Part shown: positions 10,229-18,746 of the stretch, one piece after another
How positions within the stretch are numbered: the first letter of the stretch is position 1
How the letters are laid out: each line of letters begins with the position of its first letter
Assembly: GCA_963766885.1 (NCBI GenBank)
Contig: CAVYBO010000001.1
Location: 4,352 to 68,351, forward strand
DNA length: 64,000 nucleotides
Reading direction: 5' to 3'
From: an uncultured bacterium
GTDB lineage: Bacteria > Patescibacteriota > Minisyncoccia > Phycocordibacterales > CAIRYW01
Position numbers and translations under genes: made by a program
The notes under the pieces: generated by a model
Told to the model about the DNA's origin: nothing
What the model saw: only the letters and a program-made list of their open reading frames with translations
Database searches by the model: none

Positions 10229-10492
10229 ATGCCAATTACATCATCAGCAAAAAAAGCCATCCGAAACTCTGCAAAGAAGCAGGTTTTTAACATTCGCCGG
10301 AAAAAGGCTGTTGAAAGCACTCTTAAAGAAATCCGAATTCTCATCAAAGAAGGCAAAAAAGAAGAAGCTAAAAAAGCCTTTGTTAAGTTTCAAAAAGCCA
10401 TAGACAAAGCTGCCAAGGAGCATACTCTTTCCAAAAACACTGCATCCAGAAAGAAATCCAGAGTTTCTGCGATGATCAAAAAGGCTAAATAA
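10229..10492 (+). CDS. rpsT: 30S ribosomal protein S20
   Basis: 87 aa basic protein with SAKKAIR/KKAVES... S20 pattern. Confidence 0.8.
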   Translation: MPITSSAKKAIRNSAKKQVFNIRRKKAVESTLKEIRILIKEGKKEEAKKAFVKFQKAIDKAAKEHTLSKNTASRKKSRVSAMIKKAK

Positions 10493-10502
10493 TCTCTTTG
10501 CC

Positions 10503-10574
10503 GCTCCCATCGTTCAATGGATAGGACGCATCCTTGCGGAGGATGCGATGTAGGTTCGATTCCTACTGGGAGCA
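10503..10574 (+). tRNA. tRNA-Arg (anticodon GCG)
   Basis: Manual cloverleaf: acceptor gctccca/tgggagc, anticodon arm catcc-ttGCGga-ggatg, T-arm gtagg-ttcgatt-cctac. Confidence 0.65.
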
Positions 10575-10639
10575 AAATTAAGCGAAGCTTTATTTTCCCC
10601 CAAGTAAAGACACTCACGTGTCTTTCGGGTAGGAATCGA

Positions 10640-10710
10640 AGACCTTTTGAGCATATTTTATGAGCTTGCGAAATAAAATATCCAAAAGGTGTACTGATCC
10701 TGTAAGGATC
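10640..10710 (+). ncRNA. Copy A of a conserved structured intergenic element (long hairpin accttttg...caaaaggt, then gtactg plus small hairpin with tgtaa loop)
   Basis: Three copies in the window (10640, 18565, 58238) with compensatory changes in two stems. Confidence 0.45.
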
Positions 10711-10755
10711 GATATTCCTGCTAGGAAGATTGATTTATTTTGATATAATAAACGA

Positions 10756-11055
10756 ATGAAAAATGGTAGAAAAATTTTTGATACGATTACAAAATCTTGT
10801 TCGGTATTAATGCTTTTAATTGGAATTTCTTATTTTGCAATTACTATAATAGCTCTGTCTATGGTTATTCCTTCATATGGTGATGATGGAGCCAATGCAA
10901 TAATTGCTGCTGTTATTATTTTCTGGGGTTTGGTAGCGGTTGCTCTTAGTTTTACTAAAAAAACAGAAGCAGCTGCTGTGATTATTTTAGGCACTTTAAT
11001 TATTCTAGGTATTAATTATGGGAATAAATATGAAATAATCCCTAATTTATGGTAA
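10756..11055 (+). CDS. Small integral membrane protein
   Basis: 99 aa, three hydrophobic segments. Confidence 0.4.
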   Translation: MKNGRKIFDTITKSCSVLMLLIGISYFAITIIALSMVIPSYGDDGANAIIAAVIIFWGLVAVALSFTKKTEAAAVIILGTLIILGINYGNKYEIIPNLW

Positions 11056-11079
11056 TTAAGTTTGTTATATAATTAACTC

Positions 11080-11676
11080 ATGATCGCGTTGAGTACAGAC
11101 TACAGATTAGGTAAAAGAGCTTTTGTTGTTTTGGCTTGCAGGAGCACCATCATCGCTATATTTTTATTTATCATCGCGGTTATCTTGCTTTTGTCAGGTC
11201 CAGCTTTGATTGAAATAGTAAATAAAATTATTATAGCTGCTTCCGGTCAAAATGATGCTACGGTGAATTCTTCACATTTGGTATTTTTTGCGATAGCTGT
11301 TGTTTTTCTCCTGTCGTTTTTGATTTTTGCAATCGGGGTTTTTATTAATTATCTGCAGTATAATTTTTTCACATTCAGGTTTGAGGAATTTGATATAAAG
11401 CTAAAAAAAGGAATTTTCAATATTTCTGAAACTTCAATTCCATATCGCCAGATTCAGGATGTGGACGTTACGCGCGATATTTTTTATAGAATGTTTGGTG
11501 TTAGCAGGTTGGTTTTGCTTACCGCGGGACATGATGATCCGGGTGATGATGATAATTCAGATACGGTGTTTGATCCAATTGATAATTCCTTAGCAGAAGA
11601 TATACGCCTATTGCTTCAGCAAAAAATCGGCGTGCAGATTGTGGAGAGCCAAGCAGATGCCAAACAATCGCAATAA
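11080..11676 (+). CDS. Membrane protein with bacterial PH (bPH_2/YdbT-like) domain
   Basis: Two N-terminal TM segments followed by a DUF304-like region. Confidence 0.45.
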   Translation: MIALSTDYRLGKRAFVVLACRSTIIAIFLFIIAVILLLSGPALIEIVNKIIIAASGQNDATVNSSHLVFFAIAVVFLLSFLIFAIGVFINYLQYNFFTFRFEEFDIKLKKGIFNISETSIPYRQIQDVDVTRDIFYRMFGVSRLVLLTAGHDDPGDDDNSDTVFDPIDNSLAEDIRLLLQQKIGVQIVESQADAKQSQ

Positions 11677-11677
11677 T

Positions 11678-12145
11678 TTAGAAACCCAGAGACTCCATTA
11701 TTTTGTGGGAAAATGGTTCAACGTTTTTTTCTTCTACCACATGATTTAACAGATGACTTCTGATTTCGGTTGAATTGTAATAATCAGTTTCAATCGGAAT
11801 GACAAGCAGGGAACTGATTGCTTTGTCTATTTTTAAAATTAATTTTGGAGCGGAGTATTTGTTATCCTCAACCCAAAAGGTTTTTATATTTTGAAACGGA
11901 TATGTGGTGTCATTCAGATGAATTCCTTTTTCATCAATTTTGACTTCAAGGATTTTTGGCTCTTTGTTGCCAAGAAAGCCCACCATAAATCCTGCGATGA
12001 TTATAAAAATGGCGAAAAGAGCGTCACTGTATATTATTGATATTATTGCAATTGAAACAGTGATAATGCCAACAGCCCAAAACCAGTCTGCCGTCTTTTT
12101 TTTGTATTGAAACTCGTATGTTTCCCAAGAAATATTCTCTTTCAT
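11678..12145 (-). CDS. Membrane protein with bPH_2 (YdbS-like) domain
   Basis: 155 aa, two TM segments plus a PH-like C-terminal region. Confidence 0.4.
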   Translation of the reverse strand: MKENISWETYEFQYKKKTADWFWAVGIITVSIAIISIIYSDALFAIFIIIAGFMVGFLGNKEPKILEVKIDEKGIHLNDTTYPFQNIKTFWVEDNKYSAPKLILKIDKAISSLLVIPIETDYYNSTEIRSHLLNHVVEEKNVEPFSHKIMESLGF

Positions 12146-12194
12146 TAAAAAAATTATATCATAAAATTATTTGCTTTTAGGATAAAGGGGAGTA

Positions 12195-12665
12195 ATGTGT
12201 ATGTTAGTTATGAGTATCCTTGAAAGATTAGGTCTGACAGCAGAAGATGTGAAGGCTGCTACCACTAAATACATTCCAAAATCCTCCCCAACAGATAAAG
12301 AGACTTATCCAAAGTCTCCGGTAAAGCCCAAGAAATCACAAGAGTCTCAAGAAGTTAAGCAACCAAAACCTCAGACTGCTGTAAAGGAGTCGCTTCCCCC
12401 TCTCAGCTCAGAAAGGGTCGAATACGATGTCATTTTGGTGATCGAAGGACGAGGGCACATACCGCTTCGCCAAGTTGGCAGCAATGAGGAGTCAGTCTAT
12501 TCTCTGAGTGAGGGGACTCACAAGTTCCGTCGAGTATTTATTGATAAAGTTCCTTGGCTCGCGGTAAAGGGCTTATCAATTCCTGGTGAATGGGGACTGA
12601 CCATTGCTGAACTTCAAAAGCTGAAGTCTCATCTGCCGGAAGGTATTGAGGATATCACATTTTAA
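12195..12665 (+). CDS. Hypothetical protein (Lys/Pro-rich linker)
   Basis: 156-aa ORF; GC higher than neighbours. Confidence 0.35.
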   Translation: MCMLVMSILERLGLTAEDVKAATTKYIPKSSPTDKETYPKSPVKPKKSQESQEVKQPKPQTAVKESLPPLSSERVEYDVILVIEGRGHIPLRQVGSNEESVYSLSEGTHKFRRVFIDKVPWLAVKGLSIPGEWGLTIAELQKLKSHLPEGIEDITF

Positions 12666-12715
12666 CCACCTCGCACACTGATGCGGGGAATTTTTTATAT
12701 AAATAAAAAGCAAAA

Positions 12716-12740
12716 GCCGCTCGGCCGGAGGCCGAGCGGC
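12716..12740. terminator. Strong bidirectional hairpin between convergent genes
   Basis: gccgctcggcc-gga-ggccgagcggc. Confidence 0.6.
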
Positions 12741-12753
12741 TCTGTCCAAATGA

Positions 12754-13011
12754 CTACTTTGTCATTGGTCTTGCTATGTTGACGACAAGCTTTCTGCCAT
12801 CCATCTCCTGTCCGTTGAACATTTCAATGGCTTTGTTTGCAGAATCCTCATCAGCCATTTCAACGAAACCGAAGCCCTTGCTTCTTCCGCTGTCTCGGTC
12901 AGTTATGACCTTGGCAGAAGTTACAGAACCAGCGGCTGCGAAATAAGCTTTGAGAGCGTTATCATCAGCTTTGTAGGAAAGATTTCCTACATAGAGTCTA
13001 TTGCCTTGCAT
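12754..13011 (-). CDS. RRM-type RNA-binding protein
   Basis: RNP motifs LYVGNL and KGFGFVEM; start set at MQGNRLYVGNL (the ORF-track start at 13053 is possible). Confidence 0.7.
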   Translation of the reverse strand: MQGNRLYVGNLSYKADDNALKAYFAAAGSVTSAKVITDRDSGRSKGFGFVEMADEDSANKAIEMFNGQEMDGRKLVVNIARPMTK

Positions 13012-13192
13012 ATTTTTCAATTTTTGAAATTGATTTCGACCCCTGAAACTCACACGACCTGGGCGAAGCCAAAATTCGTAGATAATTTAGGATATTTAAA
13101 TATTAACATCCAAATTAAATCAAAACAACAGAGTGGTATAAACAGGTTATTTTCTGTAGAATAAGCCTTAATTACAGGTTAATTTAAAAATT

Positions 13193-13591
13193 ATGTTAAA
13201 AGGATTTCAACAGTTTATCTTGAGGGGGAATGTGGTGGATTTGGCGGTCGGTGTTGTGATGGGCGCGGCTTTTGGCACAGTGGTTACGGCTATGGTAAAA
13301 GATTTGCTTACGCCTCTTATCGGCGCCATTGCCAGAGTGCCGGATTTTTCTGGACTTGTTTTTACTCTAAACGGCAGCAAGTTTAATTACGGAGATTTTA
13401 TTAATGCAACAATCTCTTTTATTCTTATCGCGGCTTCAATTTACTTTTTTGTCATTATGCCGATGAACGCGCTCTTAAAAAAATTAAAGCGAGACGAACC
13501 GCTGGTTGTGACAACCAAAAAGTGTAAAGAATGCTTAAGTGAAATTCCTCTTGAGGCAAAACGCTGCGCGTTTTGTACAGAGCCTCAATAA
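13193..13591 (+). CDS. mscL: Large-conductance mechanosensitive channel MscL with an extra C-terminal Cys4 zinc-ribbon-like tail
   Basis: NVVDLAVGVVMGAAFG signature; C-terminus CKECLSEIPLEAKRCAFC. Confidence 0.8.
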   Translation: MLKGFQQFILRGNVVDLAVGVVMGAAFGTVVTAMVKDLLTPLIGAIARVPDFSGLVFTLNGSKFNYGDFINATISFILIAASIYFFVIMPMNALLKKLKRDEPLVVTTKKCKECLSEIPLEAKRCAFCTEPQ

Positions 13592-13846
13592 TTTCAGTAT
13601 TTTTTAGAATATTAATTTATTGATCGGACAAATAGACTTTAATTTAGTTTATTGATAACTTACAATCAGAAAAATACTCTACCTGAAAGCAATGAAATCT
13701 ATAAGATTTTGGTACAGAGACGTGCCAGGATTTGAAAATGCTCGGCACGCATCAGTTTCTAATCACGCGATCAAATTTTTTCGAAAAATGCCTTTCGAAA
13801 ATAATTCTAAACATGCGGTTCTGACACCTGTTTATACTTTAATTAC

Positions 13847-13933
13847 TGGGCGGAGGAGGTGGGACTCGAACCCACAAACGCTTTCGCGTTCCAGTTTTCA
13901 AGACTGGTGGAATAACCGTTATCCGACTCCTCC
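13847..13933 (-). tRNA. tRNA-Ser (anticodon TGA), type II with long variable arm, encoded CCA
   Basis: Reverse complement folds: acceptor ggaggag/ctcctcc, anticodon arm ccagt-ctTGAaa-actgg, T-arm gggttcgagtccc, 3' gcca. Confidence 0.8.
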
Positions 13934-14404
13934 ATTTTTATTTTTCAACCAACTTTTTTCCAAAAAATGTTCTTCGTAATGGCAATTGGGACAGATGAGC
14001 TCCAAGTTTTCAAGAATATTATTGTTCCTGTTCTTGTCTTTGTGGTGAATTTGTAATATCTCAAATTTGGCATAATCGCATCTTTCACATCGCTTACCTC
14101 TATCTTCTAGAAGTCTAAGTTTGAGGGCCCTTTGGGATTTTACTTTATCCTTCGGACTATTGATTTTATACTTTATGCCGTCCCTATGAATATTTGCGCA
14201 ACTTCTACCGCATGTCTTTTTGTTGAATTGAGACAAAATCAATTTACCACAGACTAAACAAGGATGTTCCTTTCTGTTTGATTTGCCATAACAAGTCACG
14301 CTACAAAATATGCGACCTTTTTCTATTTCACACGGTCTTCTGTAAATGAGCTTACCACAAACTTGGCAATTTGCATTCGGTTTTCTGGTGTAACTCTCAG
14401 CCAC
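13919..14404 (-). CDS. HNH endonuclease with N-terminal Cys-rich zinc-finger repeats; 3' end overlaps the 5' end of tRNA-Ser
   Basis: HNH motif ...QIHHKDKNRNNNILENLELICPNCH; multiple CxxC pairs. Confidence 0.65.
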   Translation of the reverse strand: MAESYTRKPNANCQVCGKLIYRRPCEIEKGRIFCSVTCYGKSNRKEHPCLVCGKLILSQFNKKTCGRSCANIHRDGIKYKINSPKDKVKSQRALKLRLLEDRGKRCERCDYAKFEILQIHHKDKNRNNNILENLELICPNCHYEEHFLEKSWLKNKNGGVG

Positions 14405-14479
14405 CAGTCCAGTCTACCACAAAATCTCGAAAATATATAATCATTTTTGCTTTCTTTTCAATTGTTGTATGCTTTGGCT

Positions 14480-14863
14480 ATGAAATATTTAGGCATAGAT
14501 TTTGGATCCAAAAGAGTGGGAATTGCCATGTCTGACGACGACGGCAAGATGGCTTTTCCAAAAACTGTTCTTGCAAACGATAAGAATTTAATTGAAAGTA
14601 TTAAAAAAATCTGCATCGAAGAAAAAATCGGTGCGATTGTTTTGGGAGAATCAAAAGATTTTGATATGAAAGATAATATGATTATGGAAGAAATCAGGAA
14701 GTTTAAAACAGAAATTGAATCAGAAACTTTTCTTGAAGTTATTTTTGAACCAGAATTCCTGACTTCAGCAGAAGCTGAGAGACTGCAAGGCAAAACCAAG
14801 CTTTTGGACGCTTCCGCCGCAGCCCTTATATTAAAAAGCTATTTGGACAAAAGGGCTGGTTAA
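14480..14863 (+). CDS. ruvX: Putative pre-16S rRNA nuclease / Holliday-junction-resolvase-like YqgF (RuvX)
   Basis: MKYLGIDFGSKRVGIAMSD N-terminus; start moved to the internal ATG. Confidence 0.75.
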   Translation: MKYLGIDFGSKRVGIAMSDDDGKMAFPKTVLANDKNLIESIKKICIEEKIGAIVLGESKDFDMKDNMIMEEIRKFKTEIESETFLEVIFEPEFLTSAEAERLQGKTKLLDASAAALILKSYLDKRAG

Positions 14864-15085
14864 TTATAAAAGACAGTTATACCCAAGGGTGGAACAGTAT
14901 GCACAAATGATCCAGTAATTTCACTAGCTCCTTCATTTACATTAAATAGTGCAAGTATTGCAGAATCAGGGAACAACCAAAGCGGTTCAACTCAGTCAAC
15001 CTCCACAATTACAGCCATATTTAGCTTTGGAATAGCGGCAAATGGCAAGAATACATACTTCGCTACACAAGCTTCAACTAGCCCG

Positions 15086-15478
15086 ATGTTTGTGTTCCAG
15101 GTGTTTAACAGTGCTGGTCAAGATATTACATCCAATATTGTAGGAAAAAGCTCTGGTTTTGTTGTCCCAACCGGAACTGCGTTTGTAAACCAAGGGACAA
15201 ATGGTTTTTATCTGCCAGGCGGACAATCAGGAACACTAAGTAACATTACTTTTAGTTTTGCTGGAAGAGGCGCAAATGGGCAACCATTAAATAATGGTTA
15301 TTACTCTGTTGCAATCAAACAGATTAATTACAATGGAAATCAGTCTGTACAAGGACAATCTTCATGGAAGACTCCAATGGTTACTGTTTCTTATGCGCCA
15401 ACAAATTCCACAAACCTTGCTTCCGCAGAACAAGCGCTCAATGAAATAATTGCCGAGTTTGAAGCAATAATTAAATAA
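15086..15478 (+). CDS. Ser/Thr/Asn-rich hypothetical protein; the reading frame is open from 14864 with no ATG, so the true start may be upstream or non-canonical
   Basis: 130-aa ORF; in-frame upstream extension of about 74 codons without a stop. Confidence 0.35.
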   Translation: MFVFQVFNSAGQDITSNIVGKSSGFVVPTGTAFVNQGTNGFYLPGGQSGTLSNITFSFAGRGANGQPLNNGYYSVAIKQINYNGNQSVQGQSSWKTPMVTVSYAPTNSTNLASAEQALNEIIAEFEAIIK

Positions 15479-15499
15479 ATTTTCAAGCTCTGCTTCCAA

Positions 15500-15527
15500 A
15501 CCCTCCGCTTAGGCGGAGGGTTTTTTT
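15500..15527 (+). terminator. Rho-independent terminator
   Basis: ccctccgcttaggcggaggg plus T-run. Confidence 0.65.
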
Positions 15528-15563
15528 GTTTTTAAATTACTGATTTTGTAGTACAGTTTATGT

Positions 15564-15890
15564 ATGATCACATATGATGAATTCAAAAAAGTGGAAATGA
15601 AAGTCGGCAAAATTATTTCTGCAGAAATTATTCCTGATACTGATAAACTGCTTAAACTTTCAGTTGATTTTGGGGAAGAGGCGCCTCGTCAGATTGTTTC
15701 AGGTATTGCCACACACTTTCCTGATTGCCAAACACTCATTGGCAGAAAGGTGATGTTTGTGACAAATTTGGAACCAAGGACAATCAGGGGATTTGAAAGC
15801 CGAGCGATGATTTTGGGGGTTGGTGAAAACGAAACTTTTTCCCTGCTTTACCCAAAAGACGAAACTCCGCAAGGATCCGCCGCAAGGTAA
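15564..15890 (+). CDS. tRNA-binding protein (CsaA/Trbp111-like OB-fold)
   Basis: EMKVGKIISAE...SVDFGEE...QIVSGIATHF. Confidence 0.65.
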   Translation: MITYDEFKKVEMKVGKIISAEIIPDTDKLLKLSVDFGEEAPRQIVSGIATHFPDCQTLIGRKVMFVTNLEPRTIRGFESRAMILGVGENETFSLLYPKDETPQGSAAR

Positions 15891-15925
15891 TTTGAAATAG
15901 TTGATTTCAAGATATAATAATAGAG

Positions 15926-16984
15926 ATGAAATTGCTTAATGGTTTTTCACATAGTTCAATCGGCCGTATTTTAAAGGTTTCGCCATCGCCGTTTTTTTTG
16001 AATATTTCTTATGCTGGCATCGACTTTTCTTCGGAATCCATCAAGTACGTGGATTTTGTGGTTGATACCAAAGGATTAAAGCTCAAAAAATTTGGAGCTA
16101 AGGAGATTACGGAGAAAGATTTTTTTGCTTCAGAGGAGGCAAAGAATTTTTTGAAGGAAATATCCAAAAAAAGCATCAAATTCGCCAAAGTCGTGGTCCC
16201 AGAACAGCTTTCGTACATCTTTACCATTCCTTTGGAAGGGGAGATTGACTCGGCGCGAGAAGAAATCGAATTTCATATCGAAGAAAATGTTCCTATTTCG
16301 CTGAAAGATGCGGTTTTTGATTATGTTGCCTATTTTGAGGCTGGTAAAAAATGGGCGGCTGTAACCGTCATTGCCTCAGATGTCATAAATAATTTTGAAA
16401 ATTTTCTTAATCAAGCGGGGATTGAGCCGATATCCTTTTTGTCCGAATCGGCAGCAATCTCCAGAAATTTGATTCTTAAAAATCAAAAAGGCATTTCACT
16501 GATCGCTCATATCTGCAGAGATAAAACTGTTGTCATTATAAGCAAAGACGGCATTGTAAAGTTCAGTTCAGTCATTCAATCTGGAGGAGAGATTCTTTCT
16601 GAAGCAATTTCCAAATATTTAAATGTCGGGATGGATCAGGCGGAAAAAATCAAAAACGAACAGGGATTCAACATGAACACCGAAGATCACAACAGCTTTA
16701 TGGCTTTGGGCAATGCCATTTCAATTATCCGAGATGAAATTGAGAGAGTGATAATTTATTGGCAGACTCATAACGCAAGCGACGGCGCCATCGAAAAAGT
16801 CATTCTCTCGGGTTCAAACGCACTGATGCCGGGCTTGCCGGAATATTTGAGCGAAAGTTTGCGGATAAAAGTCGAAAAGGGAGAAGCTTGGATTAATTTT
16901 CCAAGATACAAAGACGAAGTGCCGGTTATTCCTTTTAAAGATTCGCTCAGCTTTACTCCGTCGCTCGGGCTTTTTGTGGAATAA
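15926..16984 (+). CDS. pilM: Type IV pilus assembly protein PilM-like (actin-like ATPase fold)
   Basis: 352 aa; followed by two single-TM proteins in PilN/PilO positions. Confidence 0.5.
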   Translation: MKLLNGFSHSSIGRILKVSPSPFFLNISYAGIDFSSESIKYVDFVVDTKGLKLKKFGAKEITEKDFFASEEAKNFLKEISKKSIKFAKVVVPEQLSYIFTIPLEGEIDSAREEIEFHIEENVPISLKDAVFDYVAYFEAGKKWAAVTVIASDVINNFENFLNQAGIEPISFLSESAAISRNLILKNQKGISLIAHICRDKTVVIISKDGIVKFSSVIQSGGEILSEAISKYLNVGMDQAEKIKNEQGFNMNTEDHNSFMALGNAISIIRDEIERVIIYWQTHNASDGAIEKVILSGSNALMPGLPEYLSESLRIKVEKGEAWINFPRYKDEVPVIPFKDSLSFTPSLGLFVE

Positions 16985-16999
16985 ATATTTTGAAAAAAT

Positions 17000-17530
17000 A
17001 TGTTTTGGCTTTTACCAGAAAATCATAGAAAAAAGTTAATCAGGGAATATCGCCTGCGCTTGGCGATCATGTTTTTTCTTTCGCTTAATATTCTGGCTGT
17101 ATGTGCGCTAATATTTTTTATCCCTGTTTATACCAAAGTGCATTGGCTTCAGAAAAATGCTTCTTTTGTTGAAAATAATTTGGAATCAAACATAAAATCA
17201 GAAAATAACCCAAGCGTTTCCAAAGCCGTAGAGGATATAAAATCAAACATGAATATTGCGGCTTTAGATAATCGGAGCGCCGTTTCTCCGATTATTGCGG
17301 TGATACAAGTCAAAAACAGCGGCATAGCGATTACAAGTTTTGTTTATTCATACAATTCAAGCGGCAGTTCGCTGGCTGTTTCTGGTGTTGCTACTGACAG
17401 GCAAGCTCTGACAGATTTCAAAAACAATCTTGAATCGCAAAAAATATTTGAAACAGTGGACTTGCCGATTTCCAATTTTGCCAAGGATTCAGATCTTCCT
17501 TTTTCTTTAACCGTAACAGGAACATTTTGA
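17000..17530 (+). CDS. PilN-like single-pass membrane protein
   Basis: N-terminal TM, position after the pilM-like gene. Confidence 0.4.
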   Translation: MFWLLPENHRKKLIREYRLRLAIMFFLSLNILAVCALIFFIPVYTKVHWLQKNASFVENNLESNIKSENNPSVSKAVEDIKSNMNIAALDNRSAVSPIIAVIQVKNSGIAITSFVYSYNSSGSSLAVSGVATDRQALTDFKNNLESQKIFETVDLPISNFAKDSDLPFSLTVTGTF

Positions 17531-17531
17531 T

Positions 17532-18110
17532 ATGAAAAAAAAGATAACCATATTAATATTTTTGATAATAACCTTCTGTATTTTGGTTGGCCTGTATGTT
17601 TGGCTTGTTTTAAAGATTCAAAACACACTTGCTTCAGTTGAAGGATTCTATTCGGATATTGCCCTTAGCCAGACAAAAGACACCAGCCTCCAAAATTTAA
17701 ATAGGAATAGCCGGACAATTATCAAGGAAGACGCGGAAATCCAATCTCTCTTTGTCCAAGATCAGTCTGCGCCGGATTTTATCCAGTCAATTGAGACTAT
17801 GATGCAAGACTTAAAAATTGATGGGGCTATAAAATCAGTTTCAAATGAACAGGAGCCTGAGCTGACGCCGCTTTCCAAAGACGAGCTTGAGGTGTCCATA
17901 GAAGCCGACTCGTCATATTCCAATCTGCTTAATTTCGTTTCTCTCTTGGAAAATTTGCCTTATAAATCCTATGTTACTTCTGTTTCATTGCAAAAGAACA
18001 CAGAAACAGACCAAAAAACCGGCGCTGTTATTATAACTAAAAATGCTCCTTGGATACTAGACGTTACTTTGAATGTGGATGAAACAATTACTTCTCAAAA
18101 CCAAGTCTAA
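17532..18110 (+). CDS. PilO-like single-pass membrane protein
   Basis: N-terminal TM, operon context. Confidence 0.35.
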   Translation: MKKKITILIFLIITFCILVGLYVWLVLKIQNTLASVEGFYSDIALSQTKDTSLQNLNRNSRTIIKEDAEIQSLFVQDQSAPDFIQSIETMMQDLKIDGAIKSVSNEQEPELTPLSKDELEVSIEADSSYSNLLNFVSLLENLPYKSYVTSVSLQKNTETDQKTGAVIITKNAPWILDVTLNVDETITSQNQV

Positions 18111-18123
18111 ATCAAATTAAAAT

Positions 18124-18444
18124 ATGAAATCAGGTAAATTTAAAAATAAATTAGAAAAAATCAAAAGGACATTCAGGTCTTTGACAGAGCCTGATGCTGA
18201 CCGCGATTGGGTAATAATTTTATCTGTTTTTTTTGTGCTGTTTATCGCCGTGGCTTGCTGGAGCGCTGCGGCATATTACTTTTTATTTCAGCCGTCAAAT
18301 GATGCGGGCAATTCCATGGTTGCTTCATATCAAATCTTTAACAACAAAAAAGTGGAGGATATTTTAAATTCCTATCAAAAAAGGCAAAATGATTTTCAAA
18401 ATTTATCGGCGACAGCAACGCCTTTTGTTGACCCATCGCTCTAA
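18124..18444 (+). CDS. Small membrane protein
   Basis: 106 aa, one TM. Confidence 0.3.
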   Translation: MKSGKFKNKLEKIKRTFRSLTEPDADRDWVIILSVFFVLFIAVACWSAAAYYFLFQPSNDAGNSMVASYQIFNNKKVEDILNSYQKRQNDFQNLSATATPFVDPSL

Positions 18445-18466
18445 ATCTGGCAATATAGTTTGCATC

Positions 18467-18538
18467 GCTTCCGTAGTTCAATGGATAGAACAGAGCTCTT
18501 CTAAGGCTTTGATGTAGGTTCGATTCCTACCGGAAGCA
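18467..18538 (+). tRNA. tRNA-Arg (anticodon TCT)
   Basis: Cloverleaf: acceptor gcttccg/cggaagc, anticodon loop ctTCTaa, T-arm gtagg-ttcgatt-cctac; backbone near-identical to tRNA-Arg(GCG) at 10503. Confidence 0.8.
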
Positions 18539-18564
18539 AAATTAAGCGAAGCTGTATTTTGCGA

Positions 18565-18634
18565 AGACCCTTTGAGCCTAAAATTGAGTTTATGAAAATT
18601 TTAGCCAAAAGGTGTACTGAAACTGTAAGTTTCG
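18565..18634 (+). ncRNA. Copy B of the conserved structured intergenic element
   Basis: accctttg...caaaaggt outer stem, ctaaaatt/aattttag inner stem, gtactg, gaaac-tgtaa-gtttc hairpin. Confidence 0.45.
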
Positions 18635-18746
18635 AATTTTCTACCGGAAACATCTGTTGATGAGATTTTGAGATACAAAAAATTATACTAAATTCCTACT
18701 TTAAGCTAAAATTTAGCTAATAATAACTAAACATTTATATAAATAA

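Noticed and set aside
10503-10574. Possibility that the two tRNA-Arg genes and tRNA-Lys/tRNA-Val are pseudogenes because of a mismatched first anticodon-stem pair (G27/A43)
   Set aside because: Single 27-43 mismatches are common in genuine tRNAs. All other stems, the U33/R37 positions and the T-loops are intact. Isotype calls should still be confirmed with tRNAscan-SE, especially the unusual GCG anticodon.
10390-10617. ORFs overlapping tRNA genes (10390..10617 minus, 13692..13979 plus, 5891..6097 minus)
   Set aside because: They are incompatible with the well-folding tRNAs on the same DNA and have no coding signal.
15926-18110. Calling the three-gene cluster a type II secretion or competence system rather than pilMNO
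   Set aside because: Only an actin-like ATPase-fold protein plus two single-TM proteins are present. No secretin, prepilin peptidase or pilin genes are in the window, so only the PilM/N/O-like scaffold is claimed, at modest confidence.
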